Sequence record: PP456878.1
Source: Pseudomonas phage vB_PaePAO1-KEN19
Reading direction: 5' to 3' (one strand)
DNA: 64,000 nucleotides
Within the stretch, counting starts at the first letter, position 1; each line of letters starts with the position of its first letter. A program made the position numbers and the translations under genes. Positions 1 to 10,796 of this stretch are shown piece after piece. The notes beneath the pieces were generated by a model. It made no database searches. It had not been told where the DNA came from and was given only the letters and a program-made list of their open reading frames with translations.

Positions 1-717
<717 letters not shown>

Positions 718-720
718 GGT

Positions 721-753
721 CATAAGCCCTCCCCTAGGGGAGGGCATTATGTT
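721..753. terminator. bidirectional terminator palindrome cataaGCCCTCCCCTAGGGGAGGGCattatg
   Basis: Lies between convergent genes. Member of the CTAG-loop family. Confidence 0.6.
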
Positions 754-758
754 GTATT

Positions 759-2048
759 TTACATTGCATAACCACGTTTAAAGTCATCGATGACTTTATC
801 AAATCGACGCTGCCATTCGCGAATAGCATCATTGAAGCCATGGATCTTATAATCTTCACTAACTACTTGTGCACACTTACCATAATAGTTAAGTACGCAA
901 CTAGCTGCTAGATATTGTGCTTGAGAATATTCAAACATCGTATCAGTAATACGACGCATACCTTCAAGGGAAGTGTTGATTAATTGAACAGACTCACCAA
1001 TAGCATCAATAGTTTCTTGACTATAATTACGTGATAGTTGCTTTAACTTACGTAGAGTATCACTGCTATTGCGATATGCTTTTAACAAATCATCAAGTGG
1101 TGCGACAAAACGATCTTTTAACAGATGTGAGTTTTTCCAGAAATTCTTATCAGGGAAATCTGGAATGCTTGAACGATCAGGATACACTGTAGATAGTTCA
1201 TTGCACCGGGTAGCTAGTTTACCAATCTCACGGATATTAGCGATAGGCATAAGTGCACGATAATCATCACCATTGTAATTAACATATTCAATGATAGTGC
1301 CAACTAGCTTTTCCATTGTACCTAGTTCAGTACGTGCTTCATTATTAATATTAATGATTTCTTTCTGGTAGTATACACTACCAAATGCAGCAGCATATAC
1401 ACGACTAGCTAGGATTTTAGGATCATCAATGATTGATTGTGCAATTGCATCAAACTTTTCTAGTAATGCATCCTTTCGATTACCTAATCGATTTTTAACT
1501 AGTAACTCTTGAAAGAGAGTACGTGCTTGATCAACTGCCCGGACAATCTTTCCATAACGAGTTGCTACAACAACATCACGCTTCTTAAAATCACTAATCC
1601 AACGCATCAGCTTAGCAAATAGTTCCATTAGTTTCTCAAACCAAGTCTTAAGAGTATTAATGATGGTAGCCATCACTGCCTCTTGAGAAATAGTCACATT
1701 AAGAGTACTACGGGTTGGTGTAAACATAGAAGCATATTGCTCAAGTGAAGCTACTGCTTTCTTAGGAGCTTCAAACCCTTCAGTGCTCATGCGCTTAACT
1801 AATGCTCGAATACCATCAACATCTGGTTTTGATACGCCTTCAAGTTTAGTGATTGCATAAATATCAGATAGCTGATGAATCGCTTCGACAGCTACACACA
1901 TCTTAGCTAAAATTTCAGGAGCCGAGGCACTTGAAACAGTCTCTTCTTCGCCTTCAACCATCTCTGGTTGGTTCTCATCAAAGAAAAGTTTTTCCTCTTC
2001 GACATCTACTTCTTTAACATGAGACATGGGTTTAACCTCACTCATCAA
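759..2048 (-). CDS. hypothetical protein (429 aa)
   Basis: Long ORF on the dominant minus strand. Its start is tightly packed against the downstream neighbour. No motif recognised. Confidence 0.5.
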   Translation of the reverse strand: MMSEVKPMSHVKEVDVEEEKLFFDENQPEMVEGEEETVSSASAPEILAKMCVAVEAIHQLSDIYAITKLEGVSKPDVDGIRALVKRMSTEGFEAPKKAVASLEQYASMFTPTRSTLNVTISQEAVMATIINTLKTWFEKLMELFAKLMRWISDFKKRDVVVATRYGKIVRAVDQARTLFQELLVKNRLGNRKDALLEKFDAIAQSIIDDPKILASRVYAAAFGSVYYQKEIININNEARTELGTMEKLVGTIIEYVNYNGDDYRALMPIANIREIGKLATRCNELSTVYPDRSSIPDFPDKNFWKNSHLLKDRFVAPLDDLLKAYRNSSDTLRKLKQLSRNYSQETIDAIGESVQLINTSLEGMRRITDTMFEYSQAQYLAASCVLNYYGKCAQVVSEDYKIHGFNDAIREWQRRFDKVIDDFKRGYAM

Positions 2049-2487
2049 TACTACCGATTAATTGATTTAATGCATTACCCATGTCTGCTTGGATACGGTT
2101 ATAATCTGGGCCATTAACAACGGCAGAGACAATATTGATATCATCGACAGTTAGATAATCATTAGCGGTATCAGATGTCAGTACAGCTTTGACAAGACAT
2201 GGATCAGTAATACCGTTGATAAGACTTTGGCGAATGCGAAGAATATTGTTAAAATATGTTACGGCTAGTTTAGTATCAACTGCAATATTCTCATTAACTT
2301 TACTTAAGATTTTCTTAAATTTAGCAACAGCTTTATCCTGTTGTTCATTGAAATCAAGTAAAATCTCAAATGGAATCTGTAATGCCACCGCATTAGCTAG
2401 GAGCATTGCGCGGGTTTTACGATCAGAACCACCTAAGTTAGGCAGTTGCTTTAGAATACGGGAAAGTTCAAAACCTAATTGTTGCAT
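2038..2487 (-). CDS. hypothetical protein (149 aa)
   Basis: ORF overlapping the next gene by 11 nt, which is typical phage packing. Confidence 0.45.
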   Translation of the reverse strand: MQQLGFELSRILKQLPNLGGSDRKTRAMLLANAVALQIPFEILLDFNEQQDKAVAKFKKILSKVNENIAVDTKLAVTYFNNILRIRQSLINGITDPCLVKAVLTSDTANDYLTVDDINIVSAVVNGPDYNRIQADMGNALNQLIGSIDE

Positions 2488-2498
2488 GATTTTTCTCT

Positions 2499-3740
2499 CT
2501 ATTTAGTTAAGCGGTAGGCTCTTACAAATAAGTCATTATTTAATAGACTTTCTAAAGTATCTTCTAATTCAGTAGCCCGTTTATCTTTACGACGCTGGGG
2601 ACTAAGGAAATCTAAAATTTTATCAAAAATGGTCCACTCATTAGCTAAATCATTTATCAATGAATCAATTACTTTAATGTCATCATCAATTCCTGGTTTT
2701 AGTGATGAGTCCTTTACCCATTTAAGTTGTGCTACTAGATCTTGTTTAATTTTCATTAAACGTTGTCGTTGTTTGTCATAACGTGAACTAATTGGATCAT
2801 ATCCAACTTTTAAATTACCGGCAATGATACCTAGTGTAACAGGTAAACCAATGATCATAAATAGACCTTTGAATACCTCAGCAGTAATATGGCTAGAAAC
2901 AGATTTATATTCACGGTCATTATAATACCGACCTGATTTAGTTAATGCCGTTGCCAGTGGCCTTCCATAACCTAATCGAGTGGCGAATAAATCAGCTAAT
3001 TGTTCATCGCGTTTACGTGATTGAACATCACCAGTTAAATGCGGACGTTGCGCTTTCTTAAATGATGATAGAATGACTTTACGAATATTTCCTTCAGTCC
3101 TATCATTAGCAAACTTCTCATAATCGGCTGGATCAACGTTTTTCTTTAACCATGTTTCATCCAATAATTGAATCTTATACTTATTAGCTTTCCTACCCTG
3201 TAAGATAAGTATACCTTCAGTAAGTGCATAGTTAAGATAGACGTAGTCACCCATTGTAGCCAGTGTTTCCCAACAATGCCCAATTTCATGTAATGTAATG
3301 GCAGTAGCTTCTGCTATACTAACACGGTTAATAGCCGATAATAAACCAATAGATAAACCGACCTTGTATTTAAAAGTTGAAACAGCCTCACCCGTAACTT
3401 TTAAATTTGTTAAATCAATATTAATGAATGTATTGACACCTTGCTCAGTTGCTAAAGTAACTCGATTAATATTGTCAAATTTACTACCAGTATGTCCAAC
3501 TGTAAAGGATGTGTATGCACCACCCATTATACCCTGATCATCCAGGTGTGTAAACTCTATATTCATATTGAGGATCTTAGAAACATCATCACTCAGTGAC
3601 CTAAAATCATTAATATCTATTCTCTGTTGATTATCTAATTTATCACGAATCTTGGTTAGATGTTCTTCGATCAATGGACCTAAGTCACGCTTAACATTCA
3701 CATCTAACACTTCATTAGAGATTTCTATCGTATGTAGCAT
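2499..3740 (-). CDS. putative Zn metallopeptidase, M48/Ste24-like
   Basis: HEIGHCWE (HExxH with a following Glu) resembles the HELGHW motif of M48 peptidases. There is a hydrophobic segment GLFMIIGLPVTLGIIAGNL. Confidence 0.4.
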   Translation of the reverse strand: MLHTIEISNEVLDVNVKRDLGPLIEEHLTKIRDKLDNQQRIDINDFRSLSDDVSKILNMNIEFTHLDDQGIMGGAYTSFTVGHTGSKFDNINRVTLATEQGVNTFINIDLTNLKVTGEAVSTFKYKVGLSIGLLSAINRVSIAEATAITLHEIGHCWETLATMGDYVYLNYALTEGILILQGRKANKYKIQLLDETWLKKNVDPADYEKFANDRTEGNIRKVILSSFKKAQRPHLTGDVQSRKRDEQLADLFATRLGYGRPLATALTKSGRYYNDREYKSVSSHITAEVFKGLFMIIGLPVTLGIIAGNLKVGYDPISSRYDKQRQRLMKIKQDLVAQLKWVKDSSLKPGIDDDIKVIDSLINDLANEWTIFDKILDFLSPQRRKDKRATELEDTLESLLNNDLFVRAYRLTK

Positions 3741-3841
3741 TTTATATCTCTACCAGTATTAATTTATAATCATAAAGATAAGGCTGCGTTGTATAGAATT
3801 CAATCTTATGCACTACGTATTATAAAAGAGGCGCACACAAA

Positions 3842-5356
3842 ATGTTTGAGTTATTGTTGTCTTCTGGACTAACAAATACGCCTATATATTCCGATCCTTA
3901 TCCAGGTCCTAAAACACTGATAGCTGGGACAAGGGAATTAGGTTTGTATGGTGAAACAACATCTTCAGAATTATTTGGTTATGATGATGCAGCTAAATTA
4001 GTTAATATGACATTTGGAACAGTAATCAATGATGGACAACCATGGTTAAAGTTCTCTAATAAAAATGTTACTTGTTACATACCAAAGAAACCAGCTCGTA
4101 AATCAATACAAAAATCACGGCTTAATAATGCCGGACTCCGTAATGGTGACTATGAAGTTAGATTTATGGGGAACATTTATAAATTTGGTTTATTAACAAT
4201 GGCTGGTGCCACATCAGAATGGCAAAGGTTACTTTATAATGTTCACGTATCTAATTTAAATGGTGCTAACTGGCCTTATAAATTTACAGATAATGACTTA
4301 GGTATTAACCAAGCGGTCGCTGGTGGTATTAGCACTGATGGTACTACTAACTGGGGAAGAGACCCAGGTAGTGATCCAGTTAATGACCAGCTCTATCGTG
4401 GCTACTATGCGATTGATATAACTAGCTCGTCAAGTAGTGAAACGGGTGCTGCAACCCAAGGTTGGCGTCCAGTGGTTTATGCTAGTGGTACATATCCATT
4501 CGTTAAAGATAATGTTATTAAACTTACTGATTTTGAAACTGATAACGAAATGGCAGCAGGTGCCCAAATAGGTAACTTAGTCTATTATTACGGTGGTAAG
4601 AATAATGCTAATACTGCTCTACGTACACTGAATTTAGTCACGGGTAAGTTAACAACATTACAACCAACTGGTACGCCTATAGCAGTTAAACAATGCTCGG
4701 CTGTTGCATTTAATGGTAAAGTATATTTCTATGGTGGTGAAAGTGCCACAGATGGTGTACTTACTAAAGATATGCAGTGTTATGATCCTGCAACTAATAC
4801 ATGGGAAATAAAATCACCAGGCACGATAGCTTGCCGGTATGCACGTGGAACTAGTCTTAATGGGTTAATCTACATATTAGGTGCAGCTGATACAACTGCG
4901 ACAAATAATCGTGGATTTACATTAATGTACAATCCAACTACAGATACATATACCAGTGGTGCAGCATTTAATGATACTGGGGAATATACCCAAGATTATT
5001 CAGTGAGTATTTATAATAATAGCGTATGCGTTATTGGTGGTACGGTTGGTGCTGGTGTTAATACTGGAATCATATCGTACAATCAAACCAACAATAATTG
5101 GTCCAAACCAATAACTACAGGTATACCTCTTGGTGCAGCTATTAATATACGCCCATCTGGTGAACTTTATGTAATCGCTGGTGAAAATCAAAATAACGCA
5201 CCAATTAAGTATTATGAACCACGATTAGCACGATGGATAAATTTAGGTAATTTAGAAACTGGTTTAGTGGATGCAGGTTTTGCCAATACGTTTAATAATG
5301 ACGGTAAGATTTATGTTCTAAACGGTAATCAGAATTTAAAATACCAAATTAGTTAA
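3842..5356 (+). CDS. Kelch-type beta-propeller repeat protein (possible receptor-binding / tail fibre protein)
   Basis: Six periodic blades with hydrophobic strands followed by GG or AG, for example VYYYGG, VYFYGGE and LIYILGA. RBS aaaagagg precedes the ATG. It is an isolated plus-strand gene ended by a hairpin plus U-run. Confidence 0.5.
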   Translation: MFELLLSSGLTNTPIYSDPYPGPKTLIAGTRELGLYGETTSSELFGYDDAAKLVNMTFGTVINDGQPWLKFSNKNVTCYIPKKPARKSIQKSRLNNAGLRNGDYEVRFMGNIYKFGLLTMAGATSEWQRLLYNVHVSNLNGANWPYKFTDNDLGINQAVAGGISTDGTTNWGRDPGSDPVNDQLYRGYYAIDITSSSSSETGAATQGWRPVVYASGTYPFVKDNVIKLTDFETDNEMAAGAQIGNLVYYYGGKNNANTALRTLNLVTGKLTTLQPTGTPIAVKQCSAVAFNGKVYFYGGESATDGVLTKDMQCYDPATNTWEIKSPGTIACRYARGTSLNGLIYILGAADTTATNNRGFTLMYNPTTDTYTSGAAFNDTGEYTQDYSVSIYNNSVCVIGGTVGAGVNTGIISYNQTNNNWSKPITTGIPLGAAINIRPSGELYVIAGENQNNAPIKYYEPRLARWINLGNLETGLVDAGFANTFNNDGKIYVLNGNQNLKYQIS

Positions 5357-5362
5357 CGAAAT

Positions 5363-5390
5363 AAACCCTCCCGTAATGGGAGGGTTTTAT
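5363..5390 (+). terminator. intrinsic terminator (hairpin plus U-run)
   Basis: aaaccctcccgtaatgggagggtttt followed by T residues, immediately after the stop at 5356. Confidence 0.6.
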
Positions 5391-5459
5391 GATGTGTCGA
5401 AGTTTATGTTAGCAGTAATGATCAATTGATAATATTTAATTAGGAATACCTTCCATTTT

Positions 5460-5840
5460 TTAATATCCTTCATTAAGTAGTTCTGCTAGAGCACGTGCCT
5501 GTGAAATATCAGTAGAAGCAAAAACATCAGAAAGATAGTTATCATGTTCTTTTGCATTCTGACGCAATTCATCCATTAGATGTTTATTAGATACCGCCCA
5601 TACTTTCCACAGATTTTTATAATCATCATATTTGGGATTATACCCGTCTAGTGGTGGTTTTCCTTTACCAGCTTTCCAATGGTTGGAGTATATGCGATAT
5701 CCTTTACAATCTAACTGCCAAGCTTCCTCAATTGTTCTGCCATCAGGAAGCCTTGCGTAAAGAGCCGAGAATCTTTTGTCACCAACAGATGAACATTCAT
5801 ATCCTCCTCGGCGCTTCCACTGATATATTACTTTGGGTTC
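5460..5840 (-). other. 126-codon open frame without a canonical start codon, overlapping the DNA polymerase stop
   Basis: Minus-strand frame open from the TAA at 5841-5843 to the TAA at 5460-5462. It encodes the protein-like sequence EPKVIYQWKRRGGYECSSVGDKRFSALYARLPDGRTIEEAWQLDCKGYRIY.... There is no ATG/GTG/TTG until about codon 85. It is -1 relative to the polymerase frame. Confidence 0.3.
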
Positions 5841-7744
5841 TTATAGGTATTAATAAACTTCTCTAGCAGGGTGTCCATTTTAGGAGCACCCATGATCTTC
5901 TGTGTGATTTCAATAGCATTAACCCTACCACCTGTTAAGTTTACGCCAACTTCACGGCGATGGTGTTCACTAATTCCTTCCATCATTGAGAATTCCATCA
6001 CACATGTTTCACGTGCAATATTTAGAATCTGACTAACGTTAGGATATGTCGACACGATGTCAAGGTCGGCGATATGACAGAAGATTAAGGTTTTATAATT
6101 CGGTAAATCTTTAACACACTGCAATCCATTTGGACCTGCCATGTATGATGGTAGTGTAACAATCCAATCATTATGGCCAATAACATATTGATCAAGTTCA
6201 TGCACCATCTGATCTGAACTTGAACCAATGACACATGGCTCTGGTCTATTCAAATACCAGAAGTGCATATCGTCACATAGTCGTTTTGGGTTAGAACTAA
6301 AGTTCTTATAGTCAGATGCCTTAGAGAATAGACTTATAGAGCGACCAAGGTCATTTACTTGTTCATCAAGTTGTTCTAGTCGAATGGAGTCGATGATGTT
6401 ATAAAGACCATATTTGATTTTATGCTTAGTCTGCATCTCACGGTGCCAATCGATACCACCAAGATGTGCAGTTTCTTTAAAGGTTAACTTACCAAATTCC
6501 ATTACATATCTAATAGAATCACCATAGGTAAAGTTATCATTTAATATAAAATCATCCACCGGTACCCATTCATTACTACCTACATTTTTAATATATTTAG
6601 TAATAACGCCGCCTGGTCGGTCAACTAGTTGTTTATTAAAACCTTCAATAAAATCTTCTAAGTCCTTATCATTTTTAATGGTCGTGGATTTATCGATGTT
6701 TAGTTCTTTTCTAAGAATAGACTCTAACCGATAGTTAGGATCACGTCCTTTAGCTAATCGAGTTACTCGATAAGTTGACATAGAATCGATACATTGAAAA
6801 CTAGAGGGTGCTGTAATCCAATGCCATTGATCCTCCGGTCCTTTAGATTTAGTGACCCCAGATGCAGTGGTGGTCATAGGTTCATCAATCTTAAAATGGA
6901 AATACCTATAATTCTTAGGTACCGATGGATCAGAAAAAACATCAGCTGGATTAACACCATAGTGTTCTAATGTTTTTAAGATTCTACCAATGTCGAAGCT
7001 AATATTCCAGAATGCGAAGAAATCTGGTTTCCAGGTATGTAGTCGTTTAAAACATTCAATAATAATATCTACTGGTGTTTCAACAACCATTACTTCAATA
7101 TCTAGACCACGTTCTTTAATTAGATGCGATAGCACCTCTTCTTTTTGTGCTTGTTCTAATGTCTCTTTCACTGGATCTTCAATATCACTAACCCATCGTT
7201 TTAAATAGGCTAAGAAAGCTTTGTTCTTATGTGTAACTGACATACAGATAATCTGACCATCGTTCTCAGCTTCATAAACGTTGGTTTCGATGTCACCGCC
7301 AGCAACAGTGTTTAGAGAGATTAGACCAGGATAACGTTCTTGATAATCATGCTTCAGATAACAGGTTGAACTAACATCACTGCCATATAGGTAAGGACTA
7401 CGCGCTAGTTGACGAAGAGATCTAGCCGAATAGTCACCTAGGATTTTACTAATCTTACGTTTCATGTCAATTTGAGTTGACATGTATTTAACTAAGTTAC
7501 GCTCATATTCGTAATCTTTCTTTTCTTTATGGTTACGCATTCCTTTTGAGGTAATCCAAAAAGGACGCTGGTAGTTTTCCCACATCCTTAAATTATTTGC
7601 AGTTGTACCATCTTCAAAATGAATTCGTTCTTTAACGAAATGCGCATCTGTAAACTTACCAAATTGATCAGTACAATAAGTAATATGTTTGGCTTCAATG
7701 CCCTTAATCTTTTTCTTATTTGTAACCTGTTGTTCATTAGACAT
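5828..7744 (-). CDS. family B DNA polymerase, N-terminal part (3'-5' exonuclease domain plus polymerase motif A)
   Basis: Exo I GGDIETNV (DxE). Exo II FWNISFDIGRIL (NxxxFD). Exo III YGLYNIIDSI (YxxxD). Motif A ADLDIVSTYPNV matches DxxSLYPS. Motifs B and C are absent from this ORF. Confidence 0.7.
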   Translation of the reverse strand: MSNEQQVTNKKKIKGIEAKHITYCTDQFGKFTDAHFVKERIHFEDGTTANNLRMWENYQRPFWITSKGMRNHKEKKDYEYERNLVKYMSTQIDMKRKISKILGDYSARSLRQLARSPYLYGSDVSSTCYLKHDYQERYPGLISLNTVAGGDIETNVYEAENDGQIICMSVTHKNKAFLAYLKRWVSDIEDPVKETLEQAQKEEVLSHLIKERGLDIEVMVVETPVDIIIECFKRLHTWKPDFFAFWNISFDIGRILKTLEHYGVNPADVFSDPSVPKNYRYFHFKIDEPMTTTASGVTKSKGPEDQWHWITAPSSFQCIDSMSTYRVTRLAKGRDPNYRLESILRKELNIDKSTTIKNDKDLEDFIEGFNKQLVDRPGGVITKYIKNVGSNEWVPVDDFILNDNFTYGDSIRYVMEFGKLTFKETAHLGGIDWHREMQTKHKIKYGLYNIIDSIRLEQLDEQVNDLGRSISLFSKASDYKNFSSNPKRLCDDMHFWYLNRPEPCVIGSSSDQMVHELDQYVIGHNDWIVTLPSYMAGPNGLQCVKDLPNYKTLIFCHIADLDIVSTYPNVSQILNIARETCVMEFSMMEGISEHHRREVGVNLTGGRVNAIEITQKIMGAPKMDTLLEKFINTYKNPK

Positions 7745-7814
7745 TGCTATAACCTCAGCACATATTGATATTTATCTACGTACTATATTAGTGTCTAGTA
7801 AAAGTAATAATCAG

Positions 7815-7845
7815 CATAAAGCCTCCCCTAGGGGAGGCAATATGT
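7815..7845 (-). terminator. terminator palindrome cataaaGCCTCCCCTAGGGGAGGCaatatg
   Basis: Perfect 8-bp GC stem with a CTAG loop, and CATAA/TTATG flanks that extend the stem. Lies between two minus-strand genes. Confidence 0.55.
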
Positions 7846-9372
7846 TTACATACCAGCTTTCTGCCGGAAGAAGTGTAGAACGAGTTGCCGTTTACCTTCA
7901 GGGATGAAACGTGCAAGATAGTTGATATCTACCTGATAAAGCGCATCTGATACATCACTAGTAAATAGGCAGAATAGAGTAAGAAGATTAATGTGTGCTT
8001 CTTGACGGTTATTCTGAGTAGGTAGAGTAGCAACAAAGCGAAGTGCGTTAGATTCACTAAATAGAGTATTACGATTTTTCTTAACGAAATCAAAGATAAT
8101 ATCCATGCCTGATTTAAAGCCTTCAATATCTTCGATTGTCATTACGTAGTTGAATACATCATCTAGTTTCTTTTGTGCATCGCCACCACGTTCGATAGTG
8201 ATATAGTCACCAGGTTTAGCACCAGTGGCAAACTGCTCTAGACGAGATTCGATAAATACTTGGTTCATTTTGGTCATACCTTTACGAAGTACAGGTTCAT
8301 TAGATGTTGATTCACTATTCAAGATTTTAACTTCCCCGGTTGGTTTAATATCATCTTTACCAGAGAATACTTTCCATTGTTCAACAATAGTTTCAATATC
8401 TTGACTAGTGGTAGGTAAGAATAAGCGATCGCGTAACTCAATAGCAATTTTAAAATCTTTTATCAGATTACTATTTTTAATAAGTCCTTCAGCCCAGTCT
8501 TCAAGCTCTGCTGTCGTCCAATCGGTAGGTGGAGCATTATCACGAATAACACTATTAACCCAACTACCACGTAGTGTTTTTGGTGGAGTAATACCTTGTT
8601 TAACAAAATCAACCACTTCTTGGGTAGACCAATCTAGTGGAATATCACTAGTGTGAATACGCAGTTGCTTGACTAATTCTTCAAGCTTGATACTGTCTTC
8701 AGTATTGCGAATATCTTGTTTCAGTGTATCTTCATTAACTACCGGTACAATTACTTCCTCAGTAGTCTCATTCTCTTTAGCCCGTTTAGTTAAAATATCA
8801 TCAGCAATATCGGCGATATCATTAACTACACCAGTTAGACGATGGTTAGCAGCATCGATTAGTTCATCATCTGACCATTCATCATAAGGACGATATTTAC
8901 GGGTTGGGTCAAATACAAAGTTGCCGAGTTCAGTTTTACCTTTAGCAGGACCACCTACAGATTCCCAAGCAGCAATGTCTTCATTGGTCCAGGATTCTGG
9001 GATATTGTAAGTAGTACGAATGCCTTCCCAATTAGGTTCGCCGTAAACAGCGCCTTCTGCAAGAGGAGTAGGTTCAGTTACTGACACATCGTCTTCCTGC
9101 CGAACAACATATTCTTTCTGGCCGTCTGTATTAGTGGCAAAGACGAAATTGCCGATGCTGGAGAGCCGTGGATCAAAAGCTGGTGCCGACAGACTTACGG
9201 TAGTCTTTTGGATGTCAGTTTGGGATACGTTACCATGCACCACTTCTTCTTTCTCAGTGGTCTCTACAACGGGTTCTTCTTTCGGAAGGTAGCCCACTTC
9301 GTCATATACTGCGATTTGCGGAGTCATACCACGTTCAGCACGACGGTTCAGATCAAAACGTTTCTTAGCCAT
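7846..9372 (-). CDS. hypothetical protein (508 aa)
   Basis: Long minus-strand ORF with an acidic central region. No motif recognised. Confidence 0.5.
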   Translation of the reverse strand: MAKKRFDLNRRAERGMTPQIAVYDEVGYLPKEEPVVETTEKEEVVHGNVSQTDIQKTTVSLSAPAFDPRLSSIGNFVFATNTDGQKEYVVRQEDDVSVTEPTPLAEGAVYGEPNWEGIRTTYNIPESWTNEDIAAWESVGGPAKGKTELGNFVFDPTRKYRPYDEWSDDELIDAANHRLTGVVNDIADIADDILTKRAKENETTEEVIVPVVNEDTLKQDIRNTEDSIKLEELVKQLRIHTSDIPLDWSTQEVVDFVKQGITPPKTLRGSWVNSVIRDNAPPTDWTTAELEDWAEGLIKNSNLIKDFKIAIELRDRLFLPTTSQDIETIVEQWKVFSGKDDIKPTGEVKILNSESTSNEPVLRKGMTKMNQVFIESRLEQFATGAKPGDYITIERGGDAQKKLDDVFNYVMTIEDIEGFKSGMDIIFDFVKKNRNTLFSESNALRFVATLPTQNNRQEAHINLLTLFCLFTSDVSDALYQVDINYLARFIPEGKRQLVLHFFRQKAGM

Positions 9373-9437
9373 TTAATAGTTCCTTCGATTGATTATAACC
9401 TAAATAATGGAGAAGCTGAGTAACTTCTCCATCTATT

Positions 9438-10796
9438 TTAACTGATGCGATCGCGATAAGACCATTTAACAGTCTTAAGAACAGCACTGTGCATTTTAGA
9501 CATGAAGATGGATAGGAATCGACCACCTACACCTGCTGCCGCTGCCGGTATGCCATTGGGGTTCTCTGACATTTGTTTACCCATACAGACAGCGCATACG
9601 TTCTTACCTCTACCTATTACACCATTAGCTGGATCACCACCGGCCTTACATGTCATTGGACCACGTAGTTCAATCTCAGTGCCAACTAGTTCATCAATAT
9701 TAGTTTCTTCAATAAGGATAGATTTCCCATTCTTAACATAAGACAAGCCAATGAAATCTTTCTTATTAAATTGATGAACAGTGGTTGGAATACCTATCCA
9801 TGTGTTGCAGTCTTCCATAATAATCCTGACTGTACCAACCATTCGATAAATCGTTTTAGTTGACTCACCGCCAAGGGCTGTTTGTGCACCACGGTTATAT
9901 GAGCCATAACGTAATGAGTTATTCATTACTGGCATATGGTCAGTGTCAATGCCTTCTTCCAATGATTTACCGATATATTCAACCGATGTACCATCTTGGA
10001 ATGGTGCTTCCCCACCAAACATACCAAATACTTTCTTACGCACGCCACCAAATAATTTACTATGTTTAGTGTCATAGAACTCATAAGAAGGATCGTCTTT
10101 TAGATAGTCCTCATCTAGCTTGATTAACGCATTACCCATTTCTGCAATAACAGCCGGATCATCTAACCGATCTTTATATTTCTCTTCTAGTTCTTTACGT
10201 AACTTATCTCTGTCTGGTGCAGAGGTCATTGATTTCTCAGTAATGGATGTTACCAAGGTACTAGCATATGCTGGCAATGCTAAACAATGATCTGCAAACA
10301 TCCGATATTGCCATACATATAGCTTACCATCAGTTGCACGCGGTGGATTATCATCATCAATTGGATCATCGATCATGCGGTTAAGAATTTCTTTCTCAAC
10401 TTTACCAATATCGAAATAACCAGATTGGAATGGGAACAGATCACCGAAAGGTAAACATAATACTAAATGGTTAACAAAAACGTTACCATAAGTTGTTCTT
10501 AATGCACCTGGTCCTTTATAGTTTTCAATTTCACCAGGTTGTAAAATGAATTCATCTCGAAATGCTAATGGTTGTTTACCTTCAATATAATCGTCGATAT
10601 AAACAACTTCATCATTAGAATCGCCTTCTTTATAGAAGAACATTTTACCATCTTTGAAATATGGCTTGTATAGATATTCACCACCATCATTTGGGTTATA
10701 AACGATATTAAATAAAACGTTAACCCATGCTCGTTTCTTATCTAATCCAGCATTGATACCCATTAGAAAATAATCACGTAATTTCATTAGTATCAC
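9438..10796 (-). CDS. multisubunit RNAP beta-prime-like fragment (second RNAP set, probably virion RNAP)
   Basis: EDCNTW...TCKAGG...VCAVCMGKQ...GIPAAAAGVGGR aligns with E. coli beta-prime EDDCGT...SCDT...VCAHCYGRD...GVIAAQSIGEPG (G region / trigger-loop start). It is distinct from the beta-prime C-terminal gene at 17150-19183. Confidence 0.55.
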   Translation of the reverse strand: MILMKLRDYFLMGINAGLDKKRAWVNVLFNIVYNPNDGGEYLYKPYFKDGKMFFYKEGDSNDEVVYIDDYIEGKQPLAFRDEFILQPGEIENYKGPGALRTTYGNVFVNHLVLCLPFGDLFPFQSGYFDIGKVEKEILNRMIDDPIDDDNPPRATDGKLYVWQYRMFADHCLALPAYASTLVTSITEKSMTSAPDRDKLRKELEEKYKDRLDDPAVIAEMGNALIKLDEDYLKDDPSYEFYDTKHSKLFGGVRKKVFGMFGGEAPFQDGTSVEYIGKSLEEGIDTDHMPVMNNSLRYGSYNRGAQTALGGESTKTIYRMVGTVRIIMEDCNTWIGIPTTVHQFNKKDFIGLSYVKNGKSILIEETNIDELVGTEIELRGPMTCKAGGDPANGVIGRGKNVCAVCMGKQMSENPNGIPAAAAGVGGRFLSIFMSKMHSAVLKTVKWSYRDRIS

